Assembly (NCBI GenBank): GCA_964473825.1
Contig: CAYYQL010000001.1
Coordinates: forward strand, 128,001-192,000
DNA: 64,000 bases
From: an uncultured archaeon
GTDB taxonomy: Archaea > Asgardarchaeota > Thorarchaeia > Thorarchaeales > Thorarchaeaceae
Reading direction: 5' to 3'
The notes under the pieces are model-generated. The model made no database searches, was not told the DNA's origin, and was given only the letters and a program-made list of their open reading frames with translations. Each line of letters starts with the position of its first letter. Position 1 is the stretch's first letter. Both the position numbers and the translations under genes were made by a program. Positions 38,804 through 48,947 of this stretch are shown here, piece after piece.

Positions 38804-39772
38804 ATGAGTGAAATACTGACAGTCAAAGACTTGAAGACACGCTACTTCACTGCCTTGGGTCCCGTGAAAGCCGTCGATGGATGCAGTCTTGGCCTAAGCG
38901 AGAACGAAACACTTGGAATTGCAGGCGAGTCAGGATGTGGCAAGACAACTCTGGCGATGTCCATTCTGCGTCTAATCCACCCTCCGCATAAGGTAATCGA
39001 GGGGTCGGTCATCTACAAGGGTGTTGACCTGATGGCCCTCGATAAGAGAGAATTCGGTGAATACCGCTGGAATGACCTTGCACTGGTTTTGCAGCAATCG
39101 ATGCATGCCCTCAATCCCATGTTTAGGATTTCCGACCAGATGATTGAGCCTCTAACCAGATATGACGACTTCAATAAGCAGGAAGCACTAGACAAGGCGG
39201 GAAGACTTCTTGAATTGGTAGGGATGGATCCGTCTAGGATAAGTAACTACCCTCACGAGTTCTCAGGTGGAATGAAACAAAGAGTCCTCATTGCGATGTC
39301 ATTGATATCAGATCCAAAGGTCTTGTTCTTGGACGAGCCCACTACAGCTCTAGATGTTGTAGTTCAACATTCGATTCTCAAGATGATTCACGAGCTCAAG
39401 GTGAAATTGGGTCTCTCAGTGATGTGGATTACTCATGACCTTGCTGTCTTGTCAGAGGTGTGTGAACGGATTACGATTATGTACGCGGGCAGAATCATGG
39501 AAACGGGATATGCTGAGGATTTGATTCTAGATCCCAAGCACCCATACACAATGGGACTCCTCGGATCTTTCCCCACTATAGACCGGCTGGATAAGGAACT
39601 GACTGCAATACCGGGCAGTCCCCCGAATTTGCTGAGTCCACCTCGCGGATGTCCCTTCAATCCCAGATGCCCGTATATGACTGAAATATGCAAACAGGTC
39701 AAGCCAATCGGAGAGCCTATCGAAGGACGTAAGAAATCCTATATCGAATGCCATAACTGGAGAGAGGTTTGA
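38804..39772 (+). CDS. dppD: Dpp/Opp ABC ATPase
   Basis: GESGCGKT, YPHEFSGGMKQR, DEPTTALD, HPYT, C-terminal Cys cluster. Confidence 0.93.
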   Translation: MSEILTVKDLKTRYFTALGPVKAVDGCSLGLSENETLGIAGESGCGKTTLAMSILRLIHPPHKVIEGSVIYKGVDLMALDKREFGEYRWNDLALVLQQSMHALNPMFRISDQMIEPLTRYDDFNKQEALDKAGRLLELVGMDPSRISNYPHEFSGGMKQRVLIAMSLISDPKVLFLDEPTTALDVVVQHSILKMIHELKVKLGLSVMWITHDLAVLSEVCERITIMYAGRIMETGYAEDLILDPKHPYTMGLLGSFPTIDRLDKELTAIPGSPPNLLSPPRGCPFNPRCPYMTEICKQVKPIGEPIEGRKKSYIECHNWREV

Positions 39773-39776
39773 TTCA

Positions 39777-40805
39777 ATGTCAAGCAGAGATGAAGCCAAA
39801 TCGGCTATAATCCAGACTCAGAACTTGAAGAAATGGTTCCCTCTAAGTAAGGGACTGGGCGAGATCATATCCAGAGCCCCAAGCGCATATGTCAAGGCTG
39901 TCGATGGCGTTGACATTGTGATTGAAGATGGGACCACATATGGCATAGTAGGAGAGAGTGGCTGTGGAAAGACTACACTCGGAAAGCTTCTGATTCGCCT
40001 ATTAGAACCCACGGACGGATCTCTACAGTTCATCGGTCATGACATCACCCATCTTGGGAGAAAGGAGATGAAACCACTACGTCGCCAGATGCAGATCATC
40101 TATCAGGATCCATTCTCGAGCCTGCCCGTCAGGCTGACGGCAGACGAGATACTCACTGAGCCGTTCCGAATCCATAAGATATGCGAGTGCAAAGAAGAAA
40201 AAGACGAAAGAGTCTACAAGCTCCTTGAAGATGTTGGATTGGAACCTCCGGAAATCTTCCTCGGCAAACATCCCAATCAGATTAGTGGCGGGCAACGGCA
40301 GAGACTCAGTATTGCAAGAGCACTTGCGCTAAATCCTAAATTCATAGTGGCAGATGAGCCTGTTTCTATGTTGGATTTATCAGTCAGAGCTGGAATACTC
40401 AACCTACTTCGACAACTAAAGGATGAGCATGACCTCACCATGTTGCTCATAACGCACGATTTGGCTAGCGCCCAGTATATGTGCAAGACGATTGGCATTA
40501 TGTATCTCGGACGGATAGCAGAAGAAGGCCCAAGCAAGGATGTCTTGGAAGAACCATATCACCCATATACGATGCTCCTCAAATCCGCCTTGGCTACGCT
40601 CGACCCTAGAACCAAGCATCACCTACAGGAGCTCCCAACTGAAGCTGAGATTCCCAGCGCAATCGATCTACCACCTGGTTGCAGATTTAGTACACGATGT
40701 GTTTATTCTAAGGACATCTGCAGGAAAGAGGAGCCACAGCTAAGGGATTTTGGAGGAAGAAGAGTTGCTTGCCATGGGGTCGACAACTGGATTGAAGAGA
40801 ATTAA
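39777..40805 (+). CDS. dppF: Dpp/Opp ABC ATPase
   Basis: GESGCGKT, SGGQRQR, DEPVSMLD, HPYT, GCRFSTRC. Confidence 0.93.
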   Translation: MSSRDEAKSAIIQTQNLKKWFPLSKGLGEIISRAPSAYVKAVDGVDIVIEDGTTYGIVGESGCGKTTLGKLLIRLLEPTDGSLQFIGHDITHLGRKEMKPLRRQMQIIYQDPFSSLPVRLTADEILTEPFRIHKICECKEEKDERVYKLLEDVGLEPPEIFLGKHPNQISGGQRQRLSIARALALNPKFIVADEPVSMLDLSVRAGILNLLRQLKDEHDLTMLLITHDLASAQYMCKTIGIMYLGRIAEEGPSKDVLEEPYHPYTMLLKSALATLDPRTKHHLQELPTEAEIPSAIDLPPGCRFSTRCVYSKDICRKEEPQLRDFGGRRVACHGVDNWIEEN

Positions 40806-41249
40806 CTCAACTGCTACGTAATTTCATTCGCCATGATTGCAAGAGATACTTGCTGATGAGAAACCATTCACCCGTTTTGGACTAGAACAACCGAGGAGGC
40901 GGTTCTCAATACTGAAAGCATCGGTTCTCTAACGCACCCATACTGGTGAAATACCGCACCATACAGGTATCCGTGTTTCGACCAATGTCCTCCGTTTCTT
41001 CTCAGAACTCAGAGTTGCATTCACTGAACTTGATTAGAGAGGAAACCAACTACCCCATTGAAGAAGGACGCTGAAAGTAATATCGCTACACCGTTCATTG
41101 CATGTTGGACAGACTTGGATACCAGAGAGTTGTCCCCCAAATAACGGCACTGGGTGGTCTCCGTCGTGGCCAAGGATGGTGTGTGAGGGACCAGCCCTCA
41201 ATCATAGGTTGGAGGTATAAACTCGTATGCTGAAATGTCCACCTTTGTC

Positions 41250-41300
41250 CAAGGTTTCTGTAGCTGTTGGTGCACCCGTGAGCCGCACACAGAAACCTTG
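41250..41300. repeat. 12-bp perfect inverted repeat with a 27-nt spacer
   Basis: CAAGGTTTCTGT (41250-41261) / ACAGAAACCTTG (41289-41300). Confidence 0.75.
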
Positions 41301-41398
41301 AAGGCTACAAACTAATAATCAGTTTTTATTCTCAACAATAACAAGAGAAGTAACCTATTTATGGCGGAAATGTCTCTTTATTCCCGAGTCGATATAAT

Positions 41399-42526
41399 AT
41401 GACACAGAAAATACACCGATTCAAGGGTAGCCATTACGAAATAGGCGTGCAGCATGGTTCTCAGCTGCGAAGTATCATTTCGAACAACGTGATTCCCTTT
41501 GTGGAAACAGAAATGAAGAAGCTTGCCCTCTCAAATGAAGGCATCAGGAGAATAACCAAGAGATATGAAGATCTCATCGGATCTGAGTTTCCAGAAGTCA
41601 TTGACGAGGCCAAAGGGCTTGCTGAAGGAGCGGAATTGGACTATGAAACTGCAATGATGCTTCTGTTCTTCTGGGAGGTCCGAGATACAGTGAGCCATAG
41701 CAAAGGTGCATCTGTTGATTCAACGCCTACCGCTAAGGTTGACTCCGATTGCTCCTCTTTTGTCGCCGCCGGGGATGCAACAGTTGACGGAATGCCTATT
41801 GCAACACAGAACTCTGATTGGCCTCTTACGATGCATGGGAAGGGCTTAGCACAGGTCTTTCATATTAGTCCTGACAATCGATATCGTTTCATTGGAAGAG
41901 GATTAGCCGGTAACCTTGGTCGAAACTCCGTAATTGGATTCAATGAAAAGGGACTAGCATTCGTGGGTTCCGGCATTGTTCAATTCAGAGATGCCGACTT
42001 CGGTTTTCCACCTCTGATAATAACAAGGCTTGGTCTCGAAAGATGTAGTAGTGTTGACGAGTTCGTTCAATTGGTCAGAAGAATACCGTACTACTCACAC
42101 GCAGGAGAAAATGTCGATGTTGTGGACAGAGAAGGGAACATGGCAAGAATATCATTCTCAACCAAGAGAGTAATGACAATACAGACGAAGAACCATTTTG
42201 TTGTTTCAACAAACCACTATCACAATCCTGAGATGAGGAATTTCGGACCCAGAAGCGTCGAAGACTATATGTCGACTTTCAAGAGATATGAACGGCTCGT
42301 AGAGCTTGCTTGGGATAACCATGGTTCTATCGATCGGAGTGTCGTTCAATCCATCATGTCAGATCATAAATATGGAGACCAGCCACCAGATGGCAACAAC
42401 TCAATCTGCAGACATGGAGAAACCCACCACACGTTGTCCAATATGATTTCTCTACCCAGTCTGAACGAGTTTTGGATTTCAGAGGGAAACCCGTGCAAAG
42501 GCAATTACACCAAATATTGTCTATAA
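41399..42526 (+). CDS. C45-family Ntn hydrolase/acyltransferase (paralog 1)
   Basis: GSHYEIGVQHG, D|CSSF nucleophile, QNSDW, GFNEKGL, TNHY, SICRH. Confidence 0.88.
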   Translation: MTQKIHRFKGSHYEIGVQHGSQLRSIISNNVIPFVETEMKKLALSNEGIRRITKRYEDLIGSEFPEVIDEAKGLAEGAELDYETAMMLLFFWEVRDTVSHSKGASVDSTPTAKVDSDCSSFVAAGDATVDGMPIATQNSDWPLTMHGKGLAQVFHISPDNRYRFIGRGLAGNLGRNSVIGFNEKGLAFVGSGIVQFRDADFGFPPLIITRLGLERCSSVDEFVQLVRRIPYYSHAGENVDVVDREGNMARISFSTKRVMTIQTKNHFVVSTNHYHNPEMRNFGPRSVEDYMSTFKRYERLVELAWDNHGSIDRSVVQSIMSDHKYGDQPPDGNNSICRHGETHHTLSNMISLPSLNEFWISEGNPCKGNYTKYCL

Positions 42527-42660
42527 AGGTCTAGACTCGGAGGATAATTCATATTATGCACATAAAGAGTGTGAATTGTCTTTCGGTACTTTTTTATATG
42601 GCTCTAACGGAATGAATTATATTATTCCAACTGAAAAACACGAGAAGGAGTAAAAAAAGA

Positions 42661-44280
42661 ATGAAAAAAGAGAAGATGGTGATTACAGTCCTGGTGATTA
42701 TAGTTATAATCCAAAGTGCAGGCCTGCTTTACCTTTGGCAACTGACTCCTGGAACTACTGAGGACAGGACAACCTTGGTCCTTGGAGCTCCAGTAGAGAT
42801 TGGAAGAAACCTTCATCCTCAGACAGCGAGAGGAGGAGATAATGATCTCATTAGGCAAATCTACGAGGGTCTGTTTGGTTACGAGTACGGAGAGATCTTC
42901 GAACTTGAACCTGTTCTTGCGGCAGACATGGGCGAGGTTTCCCAAGATGGATTGACATGGACCTTTTCACTTCGCCAGGGCGTGAAATTCCATGACGGGA
43001 CAGACTTCAACGCAACAGCTGTCAAGGATCACTTTGATTCAATGTTTGATATCCAGCAAGGTATAACATACATGTTCCATCAAGCTCTGCTTAACAGAAC
43101 AGAGATTGTTGATACCTACACCGTGAAGTTTGTTCTCAATTATCCAAACGTTGCTTTTAGATACATGTTGGCAGCCGTCCCGGCTAAGATTCCCAGTCCA
43201 ACTGCATCAGAAGCCGCACGGGACCTAGGAATAGAAATCTATGAAGGCGAGTACATAGGTACTGGTCCATACCAGCTCACCAGCTATGTTACAGATCAAG
43301 AGGCTATACTCGATGCGTATTTCGACTGGTGGAACGCAGTTCCCGGTGAAACTCATCGTATTGAAACCCTTGAGTACATCGTGATTCCAGATGCCTCTAC
43401 ACTGAAGCTGGCACTTGAGCGGGGAACTATCGATCTAAGCCTAGGAGTTCTCAATGAGGACGACTATCCAGATCTTCTGGACAATCCAGACCTGAGAGAA
43501 TACGACATAAGCACGGCCTCCTCAGCTCGATGGCTTACTTTCAACATGAACAGCACAGTTCATGATACGTTCCCCAACAACAAACTCCTCAGACAGGCAT
43601 TTGCATATGCGATCAACTACGACGTTATAATCGACACTGTCTACGAAGGTGAAGCCGATCGTCTGTATAGCTACCTCCCAGCCGAATACCCTGGATATGT
43701 TGAGGCAGCACCTTACGAATATGACCCCGACACTGCACTAGCACTCATTGATGACGCAGGATTCGAGGCTCCAGTGGAAATGACTATCTACACCTCAGGT
43801 AGCTACACGTCTAGAGAGGCAGACATGCTACAAGTGATAAAGGAGTACGCTCTTGCGGCTGGATTCGATGTTACCATCGTCACACAAGAGATTGGCGTCT
43901 TCAGAGATCAGTACCGGAATACAGACAATCAAGAGATGACGTTGTGGCGTTGGAGAGCTGACTACCCAGCTGCAGACAACTGGAATGTGCCATTCATGTC
44001 CTCATACGGATATGGAACTGGCAGATGCAAGGTCACCGATGGAGACATGGGCCCACTCTATCCATACATCGATGATCTCATAGCAACCGCAGCAGGGACA
44101 ACCAATGAAACTGAATTCATTGAAACAGTCGGCGAGCTCCAGGAGTTGTGGGCAGAATGGGTTCCCAACATCTTCCTGTACCGACCCAAGTTATTCCAGT
44201 TCGGAGCTGCAAACTTGGAGGGTATCTGGTTCGGCGGCCTCCAGTGGGACGTGAACTATCACCAAGCCTATTTCGCGTAG
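42661..44280 (+). CDS. dppA: Dpp/Opp ABC substrate-binding protein (family 5), N-terminal anchor
   Basis: IYEGL, LA, WTFSLRQGVKFHDGT.FNA, GTGPY, LRQAFAYAIN. Confidence 0.92.
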   Translation: MKKEKMVITVLVIIVIIQSAGLLYLWQLTPGTTEDRTTLVLGAPVEIGRNLHPQTARGGDNDLIRQIYEGLFGYEYGEIFELEPVLAADMGEVSQDGLTWTFSLRQGVKFHDGTDFNATAVKDHFDSMFDIQQGITYMFHQALLNRTEIVDTYTVKFVLNYPNVAFRYMLAAVPAKIPSPTASEAARDLGIEIYEGEYIGTGPYQLTSYVTDQEAILDAYFDWWNAVPGETHRIETLEYIVIPDASTLKLALERGTIDLSLGVLNEDDYPDLLDNPDLREYDISTASSARWLTFNMNSTVHDTFPNNKLLRQAFAYAINYDVIIDTVYEGEADRLYSYLPAEYPGYVEAAPYEYDPDTALALIDDAGFEAPVEMTIYTSGSYTSREADMLQVIKEYALAAGFDVTIVTQEIGVFRDQYRNTDNQEMTLWRWRADYPAADNWNVPFMSSYGYGTGRCKVTDGDMGPLYPYIDDLIATAAGTTNETEFIETVGELQELWAEWVPNIFLYRPKLFQFGAANLEGIWFGGLQWDVNYHQAYFA

Positions 44281-44303
44281 TACATAACAAACACACTTTC
44301 TCA

Positions 44304-44333
44304 GGCGCCCCACGCGGGCGCCCCTTCATTTTT
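44304..44333 (+). terminator. GC-rich hairpin followed by a T-rich tract after dppA
   Basis: GGCGCCC-cacgc-GGGCGCC then CCTTCATTTTT. Confidence 0.5.
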
Positions 44334-44385
44334 ATCCAATCACATGTGGTTTCAACATGATAACGAATATGAAGTGAGTACAACC

Positions 44386-45672
44386 ATGAACAAGAGCTGG
44401 AAGGACAGAAACACAAAATCGTGTGCACGAAGTTATAGGTTCCCATCTATTGTCATTAACGAAGCCAAGGGCGTGCATCTCTTTGACAATGAGGGGCGTT
44501 CATACCTCGATTTCACATCAGGAGGGCAGACAGCGAATCTGGGCCACAATCCTCCAGAAATCATGACTGCGGTTAAGAAACAGCTCGAACTGACAGGTCT
44601 AGCATCCTTTGGATGGGTCTTGAATGAAAGAAGGATTGAACTAGCTGAGAAGCTGAAGAGAATCGCACCCGGAGAGCTCTCCTCCGGGAAAGTAGGTTTC
44701 TGCAACACGGGTTCACAGGCCACAGAGCTCACTCTACGATTGGCAAGGCAGCACTCCGGAAGACAACTGGCAGTCTGCACGTTCGGCTGTTTCCATGGAC
44801 AGACTTCGATGGGTGCTCTTGCTCTGAACACAAGCCCGGATGGTAGGAAATACGGGGTGCCGCAAATACCCGGTATAGTCTATGTACCGTACCCGTATTG
44901 TTTCAGATGTCCTCTGAACCAAGAGCCTGAGTCCTGCAGTGTTGAATGTCTAGAGCTCATCCGATATCAGTTTGATACAGAGGTAATTCCACCGGATGAA
45001 ACAGCTGTGTTCTTCATAGAGCCGGTTCAAGTTCATGGAGGAGTCATCCCACTGCCAGAGGGCTATATCAGAGGTCTCAGGGAAATATGTGACGAGCATG
45101 GAATACTCCTAGCAGTGGATGAAGTTGTGACTGGGATGGGTAGAACTGGTACATGGTTCGGCATACAGAACTGGCACGTCAACGCGGATATCCTCTACAT
45201 GGCAAAGCCCCTGGCATCAGGCCTTTCACTAGGAGCAGTAATAGGCAACGAAGAGATCATGGCTCACTTCAGAGGTGGTGGAACTTTCTCTGGGAATCCG
45301 ATTGCTTGCTCAGCCGCACTTGCTACCATAGAATCAATAGAGAATAGAGACTTGCTCCGCAGGTGTCTTAATGCTGGAAGCCTCATCCGAAAGAGACTAA
45401 ATGAAATGCGGGAGCAGTATCCCCTGATAGGAGACGTCAGAGGGCGGGGTTTGCTACTTGGGGTTGAGCTTGTCCAGGATGCAGTCACGAGAAGACCAGC
45501 AGTTGAGGAAACAACCGCAATAATCGAGTCAGCAGCCAGAAATGGGCTTCTTATGTTTCCCGGCGGAGTATATCACAACACCATCCGTTTATGCCCGCCC
45601 TTAACTATCACAGATACCGAGATAGAGAAGGCTCTGAATATCCTTGAACTAGCCTTCAAATGCTCGCATTAA
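44386..45672 (+). CDS. Class-III PLP aminotransferase (GabT/acetylornithine-like)
   Basis: YLDFTSG, NLGH, FHGQT, IEPVQ, DEVVTGMGRTG, MAKPL, GTFSGNP, VRGRGLL. Confidence 0.92.
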   Translation: MNKSWKDRNTKSCARSYRFPSIVINEAKGVHLFDNEGRSYLDFTSGGQTANLGHNPPEIMTAVKKQLELTGLASFGWVLNERRIELAEKLKRIAPGELSSGKVGFCNTGSQATELTLRLARQHSGRQLAVCTFGCFHGQTSMGALALNTSPDGRKYGVPQIPGIVYVPYPYCFRCPLNQEPESCSVECLELIRYQFDTEVIPPDETAVFFIEPVQVHGGVIPLPEGYIRGLREICDEHGILLAVDEVVTGMGRTGTWFGIQNWHVNADILYMAKPLASGLSLGAVIGNEEIMAHFRGGGTFSGNPIACSAALATIESIENRDLLRRCLNAGSLIRKRLNEMREQYPLIGDVRGRGLLLGVELVQDAVTRRPAVEETTAIIESAARNGLLMFPGGVYHNTIRLCPPLTITDTEIEKALNILELAFKCSH

Positions 45673-45992
45673 CACGGTCACAAGGCGCCCCTTTCGTCAT
45701 AGCTTCCACAAGTCTCACAGCGAGAGGACTTGATCTGGTCGAATCAAACTGAGGTCCGCGGCCTTCGCTCTAGCATTCGCGTATTAATGCCTCATCTATC
45801 AGAGGGCGAGTAAGATGCCAGGAGAGAGATTTTAGATGAAACAGGTCTATACGGGAGAACACATTCGGCATCCTCTTGTCAAATACATCTGCGAGCCCCT
45901 CACAATATCCAAAAGAAAGAAATAATAGTAAATATAAGGGACACCCGAGATATTTGCTTGGAATATCATAAATTATCCTTGGACCCGTTAAA

Positions 45993-46490
45993 ATGACCGA
46001 CGAACCGTATCAAAACAAGAAAATCCCGGACCACTGGGCGACTTCCGAGAAAACCTCTGTTGTTGGAAAGATGGTTGCTGTGTCAGGCGTAAGACTATAT
46101 CAGCGAGGGACAAACCTCATTTTCCCCAGAAGTAGGTCTTTTCCTAAACACAGTATTGTTGAAATCACCGCTACTGATGAAAAAGAAATCTCTCCAGGTG
46201 ACGATGTGAACTCGGTCCTCTACCTCGGTTTCTTCGAAGTGTCGACTGGAGGGATCATAGTGGTCGGCGAGCATGTATCAATTGGGGACACCGTGATAGG
46301 TGTAGTTGCGGGTTTCAGTGACGTTCATGAACCGAACCATATCAATATACTAGTCTGTCTGGAAACCGAAGACTTGCGAAGGATAATGGAAGAAACATCA
46401 GACAGATCCGTCGTAAAGCTTGATATCAAACTTAACGATGCGATAGAATTCGGTCACCGCAATCTTGACGAAACCGTACACAAAAAGTGA
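45993..46490 (+). CDS. Small beta-barrel protein (DUF6917-like)
   Basis: RG..LI..RSR, TDE, YLGFFE, GG.I.VG, GF..HEPNHINI pattern recalled for this family. Confidence 0.55.
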   Translation: MTDEPYQNKKIPDHWATSEKTSVVGKMVAVSGVRLYQRGTNLIFPRSRSFPKHSIVEITATDEKEISPGDDVNSVLYLGFFEVSTGGIIVVGEHVSIGDTVIGVVAGFSDVHEPNHINILVCLETEDLRRIMEETSDRSVVKLDIKLNDAIEFGHRNLDETVHKK

Positions 46491-47595
46491 AAGAGAGGAG
46501 CTATGCAAGACAATGAAGACATTTCCACAAGTCACTATCCATGGAATGCCATACGATAGAGGACATGAGTATGGCGAAAAGTGCAAAGACATCATAAGAC
46601 TGAGACTAGAGATTATTCGTTCGCTTTTCAACACAGAGGACTATTTCGGTGTTTCATGGAAGGAAGCTGTTGAGAGAGCAAAGAAGTATCAGGAACACAT
46701 AGAGCACTATGACTCATCCATCATAGAGGAGATGGAAGGCATCGCCGAAGGATCCAATAATACCCTCGATCTGATTGTCTTCCTCAATTCGGTTTACGAG
46801 TTCTTCAGCCTCAAGGTGGACGGAGTTTGGAACGGATGCACAACAGTGTCCCTTCTTCCAGAGCGTACACGTGAAATGAATACAATCATTGGACAAAACG
46901 ACGACTGGAATGAGTTGTTTCAGCAAACTCATATTCTTCTCAGAATAAGGCAAGAGGAAGGTCCTGACATCTTCCAGTTTACTGAGGCAGGAACGGTTGG
47001 AGGAAATGGGGTCAATTCGGCGGGAATAGGATTGTGCGCAAATTCATTGCTTTCGAGCGGCTGGTCGATGGAAGGAGTGCCCCATCTTATACTCAAACGG
47101 GGAATCCTTAGCAGCACAAACTTTTCCGATGCCATGAAGGCAGTGACATCTGCAAGAAGGTGCTCGTCCCACAACTACCTCATTACGCACGTACACGGAG
47201 AATGCGTCGATATCGAAGCTACGCCTCAGACGGCAAATTTCATTTTTCCACATCAAGGATTCTTGACTCATACTAATCATTTCGTTTCTAGCAACCCTCA
47301 CATAACCGACAATAAGGTTCTCAAGTCGCCCGACACGCTAATCCGAAAACATCGTGCAGACAAGATCCTGGCATCGGAAGAAGAATCCCTTTCGATTGAA
47401 AGCCTCAAGACTGTGTTTACTGACCACTTCAGCAAGCCTCATTCAATTTGCAGACACGGAGACGAGAAGCTTCCCCAGATGCGGCAGATGCAGACAAACG
47501 CATCCATGATTATCGATATGACCAATTCAAAGATGATAATCTCTCATGGCCCGCCATGTTCGAATCAATACCAGGAGGTCAATATATGGGGATGA
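46465..47595 (+). CDS. C45-family Ntn hydrolase/acyltransferase (paralog 2)
   Basis: G|CTT nucleophile, GQNDDW, TEAG, GVNSAG, HTNHF, SICRH. Confidence 0.9.
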   Translation: MTKPYTKSEREELCKTMKTFPQVTIHGMPYDRGHEYGEKCKDIIRLRLEIIRSLFNTEDYFGVSWKEAVERAKKYQEHIEHYDSSIIEEMEGIAEGSNNTLDLIVFLNSVYEFFSLKVDGVWNGCTTVSLLPERTREMNTIIGQNDDWNELFQQTHILLRIRQEEGPDIFQFTEAGTVGGNGVNSAGIGLCANSLLSSGWSMEGVPHLILKRGILSSTNFSDAMKAVTSARRCSSHNYLITHVHGECVDIEATPQTANFIFPHQGFLTHTNHFVSSNPHITDNKVLKSPDTLIRKHRADKILASEEESLSIESLKTVFTDHFSKPHSICRHGDEKLPQMRQMQTNASMIIDMTNSKMIISHGPPCSNQYQEVNIWG

Positions 47596-47675
47596 TATTG
47601 GTGAATGGGTGGACATGTATCGGAGTAACCATGAATGTTGCAGAGATCAGTGTTATACCTGGAGTGATGTAGAAA

Positions 47676-48761
47676 ATGAATGAGATGGTTCGACTTCAGG
47701 GTTCACATTATGACATAGGATTTGAGCATGGACAGAAGCTTCGCAGAACAATAACTGATACCGTAATTCCGTTTGTCAAGCAAGATATGGCCACATTGGG
47801 CATTTCTGAGGCTGCAGCTGACAAGATCGCGGCTCAATATCAGCAGCTAATAGCAGAAACATATCCAGAGCTGTTGGATGAAACAAGAGGAATCTCTGAA
47901 GGGGCCGAAATTTCATACGCGTCAGCTCTAATAGTTCTCTTCTTCTGGGAAATCAGAGATACCGTTTCTCATTCACTCCCGCAGTGTTCTTCTTTTGTAG
48001 CTACAGGTGCAGCAACACGGGACGGAGCCCAGATTGCAAGTCAGAACTCCGACTGGTCACCAGATATGATGAAAAAGCAGATTGGGTTCACTTTCCGCAT
48101 CAATCCAAGAAGTCGATATGGTTTCATAGGAAGGGGATTGGCAGGCAATCTTGGCAGGCCATCAGTGATTGGTTTCAATGAGAAGGGATTGACCTTCGTG
48201 GGATCGGGTATCCGACAGCTGAGGGGTGGAGGATTTGGACTGCCACCTTTGATAGCCACACGAATCGGGCTAGAATCCTGCAGTACAGTAGATGAATTCA
48301 TTGATTACGTGAAGCAAGTTCCCAAGTGGTCTCATGCAGGTGAAAATGTTGACATTGCGGATGCTGGCGGAAACATTGCAAGAATAAGCTTCTCGACAAA
48401 CAATCTCTTCATCGTTCAGTCTAAGGATCATTTCATTGTTTCCACTAACCATTATCACAATAAGGAGATGAGATACCTTGGACCTGCTTCGCGAGATGAA
48501 TACCCATCATCTTATTCACGATACGACAGACTCGTGGAGCTACTTACAGATAACTACGGTCAACTAGATCTTGAGAGAACTAGGCAAATAATGAGTGATC
48601 ACAAGTATGGAAATACGGCGCCAGACGGTGCCAATTCAATCTGTAGACACGGCGAAGGGATACAAACACGAAGCAACGTTATTCTTCAGCCAAAAGAGAA
48701 GATGTGCTGGGTGGCCAATTCATCCCCATGCAGTGGAGAGTACGTTGAATACAGGTTATAA
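47676..48761 (+). CDS. C45-family Ntn hydrolase/acyltransferase (paralog 3, close to paralog 1)
   Basis: Q|CSSF, QNSDW, GRGLAGNLGR, GFNEKGL, TNHYHN, SICRH. Confidence 0.88.
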   Translation: MNEMVRLQGSHYDIGFEHGQKLRRTITDTVIPFVKQDMATLGISEAAADKIAAQYQQLIAETYPELLDETRGISEGAEISYASALIVLFFWEIRDTVSHSLPQCSSFVATGAATRDGAQIASQNSDWSPDMMKKQIGFTFRINPRSRYGFIGRGLAGNLGRPSVIGFNEKGLTFVGSGIRQLRGGGFGLPPLIATRIGLESCSTVDEFIDYVKQVPKWSHAGENVDIADAGGNIARISFSTNNLFIVQSKDHFIVSTNHYHNKEMRYLGPASRDEYPSSYSRYDRLVELLTDNYGQLDLERTRQIMSDHKYGNTAPDGANSICRHGEGIQTRSNVILQPKEKMCWVANSSPCSGEYVEYRL

Positions 48762-48947
48762 CTGCTCTCGGCACCCTGATCTGTCATCTTGACCGTTGAA
48801 GCCTAGGATTGATTGACTCGAATTCATAGGCTAGCAACTTGCCCTGATTCATCAATGCAAACTACCATTCCATTCATCATGAAACTGGAACCAAGGTTAA
48901 TGACATCACAATCGACAATGAGTTTAGCAGGGACAAGTGAAACAAAT

